Under the pieces are notes generated by a model. The model was not told the origin of the DNA, searched no databases, and worked only from the letters and a program-made list of their open reading frames with translations. Positions 31,667 through 42,711 of a DNA stretch of 64,000 nt are shown piece after piece. The stretch comes from Roseibacillus sp. GTDB lineage: Bacteria > Verrucomicrobiota > Verrucomicrobiia > Verrucomicrobiales > Akkermansiaceae. The position numbers and the translations under genes are program-made. The stretch spans positions 1,760,001 to 1,824,000 of the forward strand of contig JBPOGI010000001.1 of the NCBI GenBank assembly GCA_051251855.1. The letters run 5' to 3'. Positions within the stretch are counted from its first letter, which is position 1. The number at the start of each line of letters is the position of its first letter.

Positions 31667-33463
31667 CTACTCTTCCTGCACCGCAAGCCCCTTAAGATAT
31701 TCTTGATCGCCCTCGCTCAAGGTGTCGAAGTCGAGGTCCGTTGTGCGGCCATTCCGTTGACGAATCCGTACCAGACCTAGCCGATGGTCAAAAGCAACCA
31801 AACTGCCTTCAAACGAAGCGGTTCTATCCGCGTTGGTAAACTTTCGAAAGGCACGCTCATTAGACTCCAAGAACTCATTCTTCTTAGCGACCTCTGCTCC
31901 CCCCTCCACCCCATGAACACGGAGCTTGGGACTGGAGAAACTATAGACGAACGCCATCGCGGCAGTGGTGTGATTGCGAATATTTTTGCGGTAATAGGAG
32001 CCGTCCGCATAGTCGCGGTTCGGGAGCACGACATAGGAGTCACTGCCATGGCAGCGGGCCATATTGAACCAAGCGATGTAGTATTCGCTGATCTTCTCTT
32101 TCAGCTTTTCATCGTCGGAGGCATAAACTCCCGCGAGTCCCCAGGTGAACCCCATGAGACCGCAGGCGTGCCCGTCAGGTAAATCCTTGTAAGCTGCATC
32201 GATGTTAGCGAGATGAAGTTTTTGATACTTCTCCGAGTCCTCTCTCTCCGGTGAGAGTTTATGCACGAGATAAGCAAGGCCGGACTTGTGTGAGAACCCA
32301 TGGCGCGTGCTCTTCTTCCACTTTGCGGAATCCACGGGCCCATTGTTCAAAGTAAATTCGCCGCCGTAAGCCACCTTACCCGCATCGGTTGTGCCGTAAT
32401 CCAAAAACCGATAGCTCCGCTCGGGCGCATCATAGGGAGCCTCCACTCCACAATCTTCAGCAAGCTGCCAAGTCATCAAAGCCAAACAAGTGGGCCACTG
32501 CATGGGTCCATAGCCACCTCCACCACGCTTCTTAATCACGTCGTAAGGAGCGTGACCGAAGCCTCCCTCATAACGATCTTGATGCGTATTGAGCACCTCC
32601 TGAGGAACTGGATTTTTCATTTTTTCCACCTTCCAGTGACGGACGGGCGATTTCCACTGCGCTTTTGCCATGAGGTCCATAGAGGACTCTAGTGTCTTCA
32701 ATACTTTCCTATCCCCCGTCAACAAATGGTATTCCGAAAGAGCGATTCCTTGAAAGCCGAGATGCCACGCCCAAGTCTCTTCGCTATAAGGCTTGTTCCA
32801 CTCTAAGGCCATCTTCTCCCCTGCCCGAGAAACCTTCGGGTCGTCAGCACCTAGCATTGCCAGAGTCGCGACACATCTCCCTTGCGAATCCAAGCCACCG
32901 GGATTGTCGATGAGATACTGATAGGCACGCTCTTTGAGAATCTTTGTCTTCGCACAATCGACCGGAAAGGTTTCAGCGAAGCGCCCTAACTTCTCCAGCT
33001 GCACCTTCACTTCCAGCTTCTCTTCCCCGCGGTTGACCATCAATTCCAAGACGCCATCCTCCCCCTCACTATCTTCAATCGCCAATCCCAGGTCTCGCAG
33101 GGGGCCTTCCATACCAATATTGATATTAGTTCCGGCAAAAGTGTGTGCTGAGAACTTCTTCCCATTCGCACCGTAGACTTCATCTCCGAGCACGAGCACT
33201 TCAGAAGCGGGAGAATTTTTAAAGATATGTTGCACCACATACGAGCGTTCCTTCAGAATTCCTCGCGCTCCCGTCGGTCCCATATTGATAAGGAAACCAG
33301 GCACTTCAGCATCGGGCCCCGTGTTGCAAGGCTTGCTCCACCGACCTTGGTTTTCTTCGTTCTTAACGCCTTGAACTTGACCCGCACCTAAGAAAAGGAT
33401 GGCCATCCAAGGAAACACTCGCCCATGGCGAGAAGTCTTTTTGATTCTAAGGTGTTGTTTCAT
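31667..33463 (-). CDS. DUF6288-like secreted protein (PDZ-like + alpha-barrel) with C-terminal SHD1-like domain
   Basis: NMGPTGARG, SPASEVL, GGFGH, C-terminal RKFTNAD..SFEG...LSEGDQEYL; ATG at 33463. Confidence 0.6.
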   Translation of the reverse strand: MKQHLRIKKTSRHGRVFPWMAILFLGAGQVQGVKNEENQGRWSKPCNTGPDAEVPGFLINMGPTGARGILKERSYVVQHIFKNSPASEVLVLGDEVYGANGKKFSAHTFAGTNINIGMEGPLRDLGLAIEDSEGEDGVLELMVNRGEEKLEVKVQLEKLGRFAETFPVDCAKTKILKERAYQYLIDNPGGLDSQGRCVATLAMLGADDPKVSRAGEKMALEWNKPYSEETWAWHLGFQGIALSEYHLLTGDRKVLKTLESSMDLMAKAQWKSPVRHWKVEKMKNPVPQEVLNTHQDRYEGGFGHAPYDVIKKRGGGGYGPMQWPTCLALMTWQLAEDCGVEAPYDAPERSYRFLDYGTTDAGKVAYGGEFTLNNGPVDSAKWKKSTRHGFSHKSGLAYLVHKLSPEREDSEKYQKLHLANIDAAYKDLPDGHACGLMGFTWGLAGVYASDDEKLKEKISEYYIAWFNMARCHGSDSYVVLPNRDYADGSYYRKNIRNHTTAAMAFVYSFSSPKLRVHGVEGGAEVAKKNEFLESNERAFRKFTNADRTASFEGSLVAFDHRLGLVRIRQRNGRTTDLDFDTLSEGDQEYLKGLAVQEE

Positions 33464-33567
33464 ACTCAATTCTTTCGAGCGAAAGTATTGAGAAGCACAA
33501 GAATAGAAAAGAAGCAAATCGGCCCAAAACACGCCGTCTCCTCGCACTTTCAGCTCTGAACTACATT

Positions 33568-34998
33568 CTAAAAATCGATTACAAAGCCGCCACGACTCGT
33601 CACCGCACGGGCAATGTCGACATGGACCCAACGCAACTCGTATCGTGGTCCCCAAGAGTCACTAACTCCCACCTCGTTGGTCACCTCATTATAGCCAACA
33701 ACCATACAGATATGATGGTTAGCCTCCACATTTTCAACCTGCGGAACAACGCTCTCTGCTTCCTTGGCTATGTCCTCTGCCCAAACAGCGAAATCTTCCG
33801 TTTCGCTCCGTTCCTTAGTTCGGCGGTTAGCGAGTTCGTTATAAGGAGTCAAGCTGCACATCTGCCAGAGAACGGGAACTCCTTTATCGATATATTTCTT
33901 TAGCTTAGAGATCTCAAAATCATCCTGAAGCTCGAGCTCTCTCACCTTGCGGGCCTTGCTTCGAATGATGCGCTTAGAAGTCTCCGCTAATAGGGTCGTA
34001 TTCGTTCCCCCACCCTCACTGGTAGCAGCGGTTGCCAAGAGATACATATCGGCAGGGACCTCCATGTATCGCATCGCACGCTCAAAAGTAGCTGGGGCAC
34101 AGTATCCTTTGGGGCCTTGATCCACCATGGGAATATTCTGAATGAGAACGTCACCGTTGCTCTCATGCATCACGTTTTCGATCAACTTAGCCTTCAGATC
34201 TGAGTCCTTAATCAGCTCAACTTTTCCCTCGGCGTCCGCGTTTGCAGTGCTAACGATGAGCACGCTGGTGTATTCGTCATCCTGTGTAGATAGCAGAATA
34301 CTGTGCTGTTCTAAATCCCAACGCTGCACCCTGCGCTTGTCTTCTTTTTCCCCATAATACTGCTTTTGAGGTTCCCCCAAAGTTTTGGAGAGCTGGGCCG
34401 CAATAATTTCGGCATCAGCCTCTATCGCATCTGCGAGGGACATGGGCGCCTCCCGGTCAGGATTGACTTTTTTGAAATGGTCTTCTCCGAACCCCGCGGT
34501 GGAGCCAAAGTCACCCTTATTAGCAAAGACGAGTGAAAGCTGCTCAGCCTTTCCGTTCTCATTACCATAAAGAGTCACACAATAGGGATGGGCTCCTGCG
34601 AAGAGGTAGTCGACCTTGGTATAAAGACGATAGCTGCTCGAGAGTTCAACCGATGATTCCAGCTTGAGTCCCATACGCTTCGCCACCGCCGCAGCATCTT
34701 CGTTCCAAAGAGAAGAATTTCCACTCAAAAGCGGTTGACCAAAAGCGTCGTTTGCCTGGGTCGAAGCTCCTGCAAGCGCATCTTTGATCGCTTCGATGCT
34801 GGCATCCGTGAGAGAAGAAAGAGGCACCTCAAAGTTCTTCCCCGTTGCATTCTCGATCGTCACTACATCATCAGCAAGGCCCACAACATTGACAGAGAGC
34901 TTCTTGCCGGAAGCCTTCTGGGTAATCTCAATCGACTCTCCTTGGAGAGCAAACATGCTTCCGCCCAAGAATAGCGACATCAGTATCAAGTGTCTCAT
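33568..34998 (-). CDS. C39-like cysteine peptidase domain protein with N-terminal SHD1-like domain
   Basis: VDQGPKGYCAPAT, HICMVVGYN, SDSWG; signal peptide. Confidence 0.8.
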   Translation of the reverse strand: MRHLILMSLFLGGSMFALQGESIEITQKASGKKLSVNVVGLADDVVTIENATGKNFEVPLSSLTDASIEAIKDALAGASTQANDAFGQPLLSGNSSLWNEDAAAVAKRMGLKLESSVELSSSYRLYTKVDYLFAGAHPYCVTLYGNENGKAEQLSLVFANKGDFGSTAGFGEDHFKKVNPDREAPMSLADAIEADAEIIAAQLSKTLGEPQKQYYGEKEDKRRVQRWDLEQHSILLSTQDDEYTSVLIVSTANADAEGKVELIKDSDLKAKLIENVMHESNGDVLIQNIPMVDQGPKGYCAPATFERAMRYMEVPADMYLLATAATSEGGGTNTTLLAETSKRIIRSKARKVRELELQDDFEISKLKKYIDKGVPVLWQMCSLTPYNELANRRTKERSETEDFAVWAEDIAKEAESVVPQVENVEANHHICMVVGYNEVTNEVGVSDSWGPRYELRWVHVDIARAVTSRGGFVIDF

Positions 34999-35196
34999 AT
35001 CGACAATAGTTAAGCCAGTTCCTGCCAAGAGGTAAGCGAAAATTTCTATTTTGGTGGGAAATCCTCTTCTCTAAAGAAGCCTCTTCTTTTAGTAGCGCTG
35101 GTTAGGACCTCGTGGTGGCATCCAGCTTACCGACGACCAGAGAGTAGAGACCGATTCCCTTGACCTCTTGATTTCACAAGCCACTTGCCTAAGGGG

Positions 35197-35550
35197 CTAT
35201 GCGCCGCGACCAGGATTCCCACCTTGGCTAAATCTAAGACGCTTTGCAGAATCGTCTAATTCCATTCTCCCGTCGATGCGACCATCTTCGGCATCAACAT
35301 CACGAATGAAATCGGCGAGTGCATTCGCATCGACCACTTTTCGAGAGACCAGATAGCGAGTAAGAGCTTGGGTGGCTAACTTTAACTCTTCGACCTCTCG
35401 CTTTAGGTGGGCAAGCTCCATTTCCCGCGCCCCTAGTTCCATTTCAGCAATGGACTGACTCCGTCTCAGCGCACCTATTTCTCTCTCCGTATCCTCGATA
35501 TCAAGACGGTTCCCAATATCTCCCAACAAAAGTGTTCGCATCCATCCCAT
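35197..35550 (-). CDS. Hypothetical coiled-coil protein
   Basis: MGWMRTLLLGDIGNRLDIED...VDAEDGRIDGR. Confidence 0.6.
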   Translation of the reverse strand: MGWMRTLLLGDIGNRLDIEDTEREIGALRRSQSIAEMELGAREMELAHLKREVEELKLATQALTRYLVSRKVVDANALADFIRDVDAEDGRIDGRMELDDSAKRLRFSQGGNPGRGA

Positions 35551-36243
35551 GTGCTGAAGGCTAGCGGATCCCTCAGAGTTTCCCATTACACTTTTGCCAG
35601 AATATTCTCCCCTACCCTCGAGCGGATAAAAGCCACTCCTCACTCTTGCCCCCTCAAGATGCAACACCTCGCACAACTACCCCTGAGCACCTATGAAGCG
35701 CTAGTCGACAGACCGACTATTCACCACGAACTCTTTGAAAAAACAGAGTAAAGAACAGTTCTGAGAAGTCCCTCGATCTCTATGAAGTGCGCTACCTCAC
35801 TCGGTCCCGACCTTGAGGCACCACCAGAATCTCCGCCTACCACATCAAACTCTATTTCGAAGTAGATTGTCTTTCTCGCAATATCAAAAGACATCTAACA
35901 AAAGTGAAACATCAACCCTCGAGAAGAAGCTTCCTATTCTCCGCTCCTCTCTGCCAAGCTCTCAAACTAAGAAAAAGTCGTCCCAAGGTATTCACCCTCC
36001 TTGTCTCACAATAAAACTCCTACCCCCCAAAAAACGAGGGCCTAAGCGGTTGCCGAGTCACAGACTCCCCTCGTTCTCGGCAAGATAATCACCCATAATC
36101 ACCCCGACAGTCCAAGAAACTCAGACTCACTTCTTTAGAACGATTTTTAACTAAAACCATCCAAATCGACTCCCCCCTGTTTTCGGCTTGATGTTCTGGG
36201 GTAAGTCTCTGAAATGGCGGATACATCTTGTAACAAAAAACCA

Positions 36244-39200
36244 ATGAGAATGAAAAGAACCTACCTAGTCGGCTCCATTGTCGGCTCCCTCATGATGACG
36301 GTTTCGGCCGTCGATTACACGTGGACCGGTGCCGCTGCTGATGGCGACTGGAATAATACTGCCAACTGGACCGGAGGGCTTGTCCCCCCTGATGATAACG
36401 CAGGAGGAGGGCTGACCATCAACGCAGCCGATTTGATCATCTTCGATGGCGCGAACATGCCCACCAACAATCCTGATATGGGAGGTGAGTATGACGGCGG
36501 GACCAATGGCGGCGACTTTTCCACTCCTGCCCTGCAAATCAACAGCGGAGGCACCATTGGATTCGATATCACCGGCAATGGCGGCTCCATTTGGACCAAT
36601 CTCGGCACCTCTGGGCTGACATTCCGTGAACTATGGATTATTGGCGATGGCACCGGAGCGCCCGGAGAAGTGACCGTCAACGTCGATCCCTTCGGGAACC
36701 TGAGCCGGCACCCCGGCAACATGGTTCACACCGTCACGGTCAATTCGGACGGCATCCTGAATTTCCTTGGAAACGTCGATATGACTGCAAATGCGGGAAA
36801 CCGATGGGCTGCCCTTTCGATCAACGGAGGTGTGGTGGAGATTACCGGCACTGTGAACGACCTTGATAACAACGCCAATAACGAGGTTCTCTTCACAGAC
36901 GTTGGAGGAAGCTTCACCGCGGATTACGGCGGAGACTTCGCAGATTTGGCCGCGGTTGAGGCCCAGGTTGGCCCCACTGGCAGCTTCCGCTCCAACGACG
37001 TGGTGACCATCACACTTGAGGTTACCGAGGACTTGGTGAGCGTTCCAAATACCTTCACGGTGTCCGCGGTGCCAGCTCCGGACCCGAACAACTGGACCGG
37101 CAATGGTAGCGGTGTTCTGGGTGATGCGAGTAACAATTTCACCTTTAACAATGTCGGCGATACCCTCGATGAAGGACCGTTTGGGGATCTCATCGGAGAC
37201 TCGGACAAGGCGACTTTCGCAGACCAGTATTTCCATGTTTCGGGGCCCACTGCAGTGGCTACCTCCACCCTGACGACTTTGACTGGGGGCGTAGTTATTG
37301 ACGACCTCGCATTCCTCAATGATGCGGTGAGTTACTCGATAAATAGCCCTGATACTTTCGGGATCGCAGGCACGACCAGTATTTCCTTGATCGGCTCCGG
37401 CGAACTGACCTTGACAGGTGAGCACGCAACGTCAGGCAGCACTGCCATTCTCGCGGGCAACACCCTGAATTTGGGAGACGGCACAACGGATGGCTCCATC
37501 AACGACAGCGCCATCGGCAACAGTGGAGCCCTCGTCTATAACACTCTCGGCTCGATCACCCAGACGGGTGCACTCAGCGGAACTGGGAGTATTGAGAAAC
37601 TCGGTGCAGGAACTGTCACCATCGCTTCCGGAAATTTAAGCGGAAACACCACCGTCACCGAGGGGAACCTCGTCTTCAACGACCCGACCGCTTCTCCGCT
37701 CTATACAATCGCGTCCAACGCCACCTTGACTTTCGACATCGACGGAGGTCAGCTCAATCTCGGGCCGAACGGCACCGTCATTGACGGGACGGGTACCTTG
37801 GTGAAATTGGGCACCTCCACCCATCGTTGGGGTGGCGCAGTGGTGAACTGGGAACTCGATTCCGGTGCTCTCATTGACGTGCAGGAAGGCATCCTCCGGG
37901 GTGGTTCGAATGCCAACGATATTTGGCTGATCAACAAGGCGGACCTCAACATCGGCAGCAACGGAGTGTTCCAGACGAACGAGTCCAAGGTGAGGGTGGA
38001 TTCCCTCACTGGTGATGGTGAGCTGCAAAACGGATCCACCAACGGCTTTTACGAGCCGCTGAGAATCGGAGTCGACAACGGCACTGGTATTTTTGATGGT
38101 ATTATCACAGGCGCCGATGGCAGCTTGATCAAGCTGGGCACCGGCACCCAAACCCTCAATGGGTCCAACTCATTCGGAACCAATGGCGGCACAGTGATGA
38201 TCGGTGAAGATCTCGGTGGTGGTTTGATTGCCCCAGGTGGGGAGCTTATCCTCGACAATCTGAATACCTATACCGGCGACACCACGATAGTAGACGGAAC
38301 TCTCACTCTGACCGCCGATTCGGCGATTGGATTCGTCCCTACTGCGAACGGAGTGAGCAACAAGGTAACTGGAACCGCAGCAGGAACTGCTGAATTTGGT
38401 GGTATCATCAGCATCGACCTCTCGAATGCGTCTGCCGCACCAGGCAACAGCTGGACGTTGGTAGACACCAGCGGTGGCTTGTCGGTGAGCTATATTTCGG
38501 GGGCACTTGACTTTATTGTCGAAGAGACCACCGAAGGCTTTGTGTTCGAAGAAGACACCCCGGGCGTCTGGACCTACGACCTAGGTTTTGCTGTTTGGAC
38601 ATTCACCCAGTCTACTGGAGAGCTGACCTACAGCGCCGGTCTTGACACCAAGTTCTGGACTGGAATTGGCGGAGCGATTTGGGATCAGGCAACCACTGCC
38701 AACTTCACCGACAACCTCCCAACGGACCCAGTTTCCAATGTCACATTTGACGCTGCAACAACGACGACGATGCGTGCCGCATTTGCCGACGTCTACGTAG
38801 CAAGTGGTGGTTCAGTTGCAGCGACTAACACCACTATCGACGTTGAAGCGACTGGGGTATCCACTGGCGACGTTGACTTCTTTAACGATAGCCTAACTTA
38901 CGTCATCGATAGCGATGGTGGAGCCGGTATCGCTGGCACGACGAATATTAATGCCAGCAACGCGGGCACCCTAATCTTCCGAGGTGATCACACCACCACC
39001 GGAACGACCACGATTGGTAGTGACAGCGTCGTGACCTTCGAAGCTCTGACTAGTGAAGCTTCCACCTTCTCGTCTCCATCGACGGGCGGCGGCAGCATCA
39101 CCAAAACGGGTGATGGAGTGACCACTCTCGCTGCCAATGCCGGTTCCACCGGTACAACGACAGTGACAGCTGGTGAACTCATCCTAGACGCGAACCACTC

Positions 39201-40512
39201 GGCTACCGCGATTGACATCGCAGCCGGTGCTACCCTCACCTACAATTCGACAGGCAACTTCCGCTATTCAGTAGACGGTTCCTACACAGGAACGGGCATC
39301 CTGAAGAAAACAGGTGCAGGCACCAATGACTGGAATGATGGCGAATTCGCCTTGGGTTCTGGTTCACTCATCGACGTGCAGGAAGGTATTTGGAAGGGTG
39401 GTTCAGGCAGGAGCGAAGGATGGTCTGCTAACCTCTCCGATCTCAACATCGCTGCAGGAGCTGGCTTCACCTCGGTAGAAGCCAACGTGTTCGTCGATGG
39501 TGTAACCGGAGAAGGAACCCTTGCCACTGGGTTCAACCTCGGAGGTAACCCCTCCTATGCGCAGTTGACCATCGGGGTCGACAACGGCGACGCTACCTTT
39601 GATGGCACCGTCCTCGACCAAGGCGTGTTCGACAATACTCCAACTCAGCACTTCGGCCACTTACACAAGGTCGGAACTGGTATGCAGACCTTCACTGGTG
39701 ATGTCGCCCTCCATGGTGATTACGACATCCAGGACGGCACAGTGACCCTGACTGACACTGGAAGTATTACCTTCTTCCCTGAAGGCAATGGCGTAACCAA
39801 CCAAGTGCTCGCTAGCGTGGACACAGGAACACCAGTCTTGAACCTCAACGGTGCAGTCAACTTCGATCTAAGCGGAGCTGACACCACTACGGGGAACATG
39901 TGGACGGTCCTTGATCCCACAAACTTCGACACGGTGACCATCGGTGCCACTGCTACTGTAACAAGTAGCGCCTTCGGAGCCTTCACCGAAACGGTTGTAG
40001 ACACCACGTTTGAGCTGGATGCGGGAGGGTTCCTTTGGACCTTCGATGTCGCTAGCGCAACCTTGAGCGTGGGCCCAGGAACACCTCCTGCTGGATACGC
40101 AACCTTCCAGACCGACTTCTTCTTCCCTGCTGAGATCACTGCTGGCGATGCCGATTTCGATGTCGATTTCGACGCTGGTGGACTGGACAACGGTATTGAG
40201 TTTGTTGTGGGTGGTAATCCCACCGATGCCTCCGATGACGCTGCTCTAGCGCCCACCTGCGCGAAGACCGCGGGAGGCTTCACCTTCACCTTCCGTCGTA
40301 CGGACGAGTCGATTGATGACAACCCTGGAGTCGAGTATGGCAGCGATATCGTTGGCTTCACCTTAGCTGCAGATGGTGTTGATGGCGTGATTATCACAAT
40401 CACCGATGACGGCTTCGACACCGGTGTCGATCAAGTGGACGTCTTCCTCCCTGACAGCCTCGCAGTTGGCGGCAAGCTCTTCGCTCGCTTGACCGTGACG
40501 CCAACCCTGTAG
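36244..40512 (+). CDS. Large secreted passenger-associated beta-strand repeat (PATR) protein
   Basis: Signal peptide; WTG...W..ANW start; many L.K.G.GT.TL...NTYTG.T repeats; no beta-barrel; C-terminal KLFARLTV. Confidence 0.85.
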   Translation: MRMKRTYLVGSIVGSLMMTVSAVDYTWTGAAADGDWNNTANWTGGLVPPDDNAGGGLTINAADLIIFDGANMPTNNPDMGGEYDGGTNGGDFSTPALQINSGGTIGFDITGNGGSIWTNLGTSGLTFRELWIIGDGTGAPGEVTVNVDPFGNLSRHPGNMVHTVTVNSDGILNFLGNVDMTANAGNRWAALSINGGVVEITGTVNDLDNNANNEVLFTDVGGSFTADYGGDFADLAAVEAQVGPTGSFRSNDVVTITLEVTEDLVSVPNTFTVSAVPAPDPNNWTGNGSGVLGDASNNFTFNNVGDTLDEGPFGDLIGDSDKATFADQYFHVSGPTAVATSTLTTLTGGVVIDDLAFLNDAVSYSINSPDTFGIAGTTSISLIGSGELTLTGEHATSGSTAILAGNTLNLGDGTTDGSINDSAIGNSGALVYNTLGSITQTGALSGTGSIEKLGAGTVTIASGNLSGNTTVTEGNLVFNDPTASPLYTIASNATLTFDIDGGQLNLGPNGTVIDGTGTLVKLGTSTHRWGGAVVNWELDSGALIDVQEGILRGGSNANDIWLINKADLNIGSNGVFQTNESKVRVDSLTGDGELQNGSTNGFYEPLRIGVDNGTGIFDGIITGADGSLIKLGTGTQTLNGSNSFGTNGGTVMIGEDLGGGLIAPGGELILDNLNTYTGDTTIVDGTLTLTADSAIGFVPTANGVSNKVTGTAAGTAEFGGIISIDLSNASAAPGNSWTLVDTSGGLSVSYISGALDFIVEETTEGFVFEEDTPGVWTYDLGFAVWTFTQSTGELTYSAGLDTKFWTGIGGAIWDQATTANFTDNLPTDPVSNVTFDAATTTTMRAAFADVYVASGGSVAATNTTIDVEATGVSTGDVDFFNDSLTYVIDSDGGAGIAGTTNINASNAGTLIFRGDHTTTGTTTIGSDSVVTFEALTSEASTFSSPSTGGGSITKTGDGVTTLAANAGSTGTTTVTAGELILDANHSATAIDIAAGATLTYNSTGNFRYSVDGSYTGTGILKKTGAGTNDWNDGEFALGSGSLIDVQEGIWKGGSGRSEGWSANLSDLNIAAGAGFTSVEANVFVDGVTGEGTLATGFNLGGNPSYAQLTIGVDNGDATFDGTVLDQGVFDNTPTQHFGHLHKVGTGMQTFTGDVALHGDYDIQDGTVTLTDTGSITFFPEGNGVTNQVLASVDTGTPVLNLNGAVNFDLSGADTTTGNMWTVLDPTNFDTVTIGATATVTSSAFGAFTETVVDTTFELDAGGFLWTFDVASATLSVGPGTPPAGYATFQTDFFFPAEITAGDADFDVDFDAGGLDNGIEFVVGGNPTDASDDAALAPTCAKTAGGFTFTFRRTDESIDDNPGVEYGSDIVGFTLAADGVDGVIITITDDGFDTGVDQVDVFLPDSLAVGGKLFARLTVTPTL

Positions 40513-40546
40513 GCAAGCCTCAGTAAACGATATTCCTTTTCATTTC

Positions 40547-40584
40547 ACGAGCTGCATCCTCACGGATGCAGCTCGTTTTCTTTT
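40547..40584 (+). terminator. Rho-independent terminator
   Basis: Perfect 13-bp stem acgagctgcatcc / ggatgcagctcgt, 4-nt loop, T-rich tail. Confidence 0.88.
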
Positions 40585-40836
40585 CGAAGTAGATCTCTGA
40601 TACAAACCAGAACGAATGCCTCTAGACCGTTTTCCAGATGGAGTGGCCGATATCGCTGAGATGAGTTCTTTCAAGGACAGGCAGTGACGAAGGAGTTGGT
40701 CGAGACCAACGACTGAGAAATATCGCAGTCATTGGATAAACTCATCCAGAACCATCGAAACATGCGGCCTTGCCACCTGACTCAAAGACCAACTCAACAT
40801 CGATTTCGGCAAGCTCAGTTGGAAACTCGTCTAATC

Positions 40837-41691
40837 TTAAGAATCCAACTTGTCGCCACACTTACGACAAAAGCGGGCATCCGGTAGATGACCACAAGAG
40901 CCACAACCGGGACAAGCGTCGGTCAAGTCCTCTTCCCTTTCCCTCGCATGAGCAACCTCGGAAACAAAGATACCCGTCGGAACAGCAATCACCGCAAAAC
41001 CTGACAAGGAAGTGATCATTGTGAGAAATTTTCCCAAATCCGTGACTGGAATGATATCGCCATAACCTAATGTGGTCATCGTCACGACCGCCCAGTAGAT
41101 ACCTGAAGGGATACTTTGAATGCGGCTCCCTTCGTGCCCATTCTCAATAAGGTAAGCCAGCGTGCCCATGATGGATGCGAAAATAGCCATCGCCATTAGA
41201 AAAACGCTAATCTTGGCTCGACTCGCATAGATGGAACGTAACAGCAAGTTTGCCCCTTTGACATGGTGCACCATTTTCAGAATCCGAAACATGCGCAAGA
41301 GGCGAAGAATCCGAATTACGAGCAATGACTGAACCGTCGCACCTGGAAACAAGAGCGTCAGGTATGTAGGGAGACATGAAAGCAAGTCAACGATCCCGAA
41401 AAAACTCGTCGCGTAACGAAGCGGCTTACGCACCAGCCACAATCGCACAACGTATTCGACGGTGAAAAGAATCGTGAAAATCCACTCGAGCACGATAAAC
41501 AGCGCCCCATACTCAGCCTTAATCGACTCCACGCTCTCCAGCATGACAGCGGCAACACTGATAACAATGAGCCAAAGCAAAGCGACATCGAACATCTTTC
41601 CCGAAGGGGTCTCGGCCTCGAAAATGATCTCCCAGAGCTTCTGCTTCAATCCCCGAGAATTCTCTCCTAACTCTTGATCGGGTTCACTCAT
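40837..41691 (-). CDS. Voltage-gated potassium channel (ion transporter)
   Basis: S4 RILRLLRMFRILK; selectivity filter TTLGYGD; C-terminal CPGC...CRKC. Confidence 0.9.
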   Translation of the reverse strand: MSEPDQELGENSRGLKQKLWEIIFEAETPSGKMFDVALLWLIVISVAAVMLESVESIKAEYGALFIVLEWIFTILFTVEYVVRLWLVRKPLRYATSFFGIVDLLSCLPTYLTLLFPGATVQSLLVIRILRLLRMFRILKMVHHVKGANLLLRSIYASRAKISVFLMAMAIFASIMGTLAYLIENGHEGSRIQSIPSGIYWAVVTMTTLGYGDIIPVTDLGKFLTMITSLSGFAVIAVPTGIFVSEVAHAREREEDLTDACPGCGSCGHLPDARFCRKCGDKLDS

Positions 41692-41692
41692 C

Positions 41693-42316
41693 TCAATCGC
41701 GCCCGAGAAGGCGCTTACTATCGTTCAAAGACATCTTCTCGTAATCCTCATTATCCATAATCAGCGGCTTTGGACTGTCTCTTTGGCGAATCTCAGTCTT
41801 AAGGTCACCCGGCCTCGACAGTCGATCACCCGCCTGCTCACGTGCGGTGCTCGTACGGTAATCCCCCGTTGCATAAGCCTGCCCCTGGCTGCGTGCCGCC
41901 GTTCCCGACTCCTGCGCCTGCTTCTGCACGAAATATTCTTCGTTGTCCCAGCGATTTTTAGAATTCGTAAATTTCCCAGTATCAAAGTTCTTTGACCCTT
42001 TCCAGTTCTTCTTGGAATAGCGCGTTGCAGCAAATTCCTTGTTCGTCAAGTCGCCCCCAATATTGCTCATCTGCTTCCCCTCAAAAGAGCTCCGCTTGGA
42101 ATCCTTTCGGTTCAAGTTACCTTCCCCATCAAAAGCGAGATCCTTACCATAATCCGCAAACTTTTTTTCCAGCGCAATTTGGCCAGATCCCTCATCCATA
42201 GCCAGAATCTGTCCCGCACTTTCTGTCGCAGTTGGAGCCTTGCTTCTCTTGCTACACGAAGACAGGACCACCCCACCAAAAAGAGCGGCTAAAGTTCCGA
42301 TGATCGCGTTATGCAT
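41693..42316 (-). CDS. Hypothetical lipoprotein
   Basis: Lipobox VLSSC; ATG at 42316. Confidence 0.7.
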   Translation of the reverse strand: MHNAIIGTLAALFGGVVLSSCSKRSKAPTATESAGQILAMDEGSGQIALEKKFADYGKDLAFDGEGNLNRKDSKRSSFEGKQMSNIGGDLTNKEFAATRYSKKNWKGSKNFDTGKFTNSKNRWDNEEYFVQKQAQESGTAARSQGQAYATGDYRTSTAREQAGDRLSRPGDLKTEIRQRDSPKPLIMDNEDYEKMSLNDSKRLLGRD

Positions 42317-42711
42317 AGGAGTTCTTTTAGCATATCGCCACTTACCCCCAAACTCCAATTTCACGCCCCTTTTCTCATCACTCACTTCCAAGTCCTTGTC
42401 ACGATGCGCCAAAAAAACCGTCCAAAGAATGCTCCCAATAAACAAATGGGAACCACCAGCCCACTTGCACCCAAAAGAATCGAATCCACGCTCGCCCCGT
42501 TGTCCGAAAGAAGCTTCAACAGGTCGGCACGGCCCTTCTGAACCATCGTCAGCCCAAGGCTAATCAGTCCAGTCGCCAAAAGACACCAATCCATTCGCCA
42601 ACTCATTTGCAAGTGCAGCTTATCAATTTTTTTTAACAAAAGGGAGCCAAAATTTTCGCTCCGACAAAATCGGCGTTGGACCCCATCGCTACTTGGTTCG
42701 ATAGTCTCCCT

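Noticed and set aside
35659..36010. Broken reading frames with an in-frame TGA at about 35814 (possible selenoprotein or pseudogene)
   Set aside because: No SECIS-like stem, no recognisable family, and a frameshift would be needed
40590..40835. Possible gene remnant after the terminator
   Set aside because: Multiple stops and no recognisable homology
42382..42606. Small hydrophobic ORF on the - strand
   Set aside because: Could be real but has no motif or RBS support
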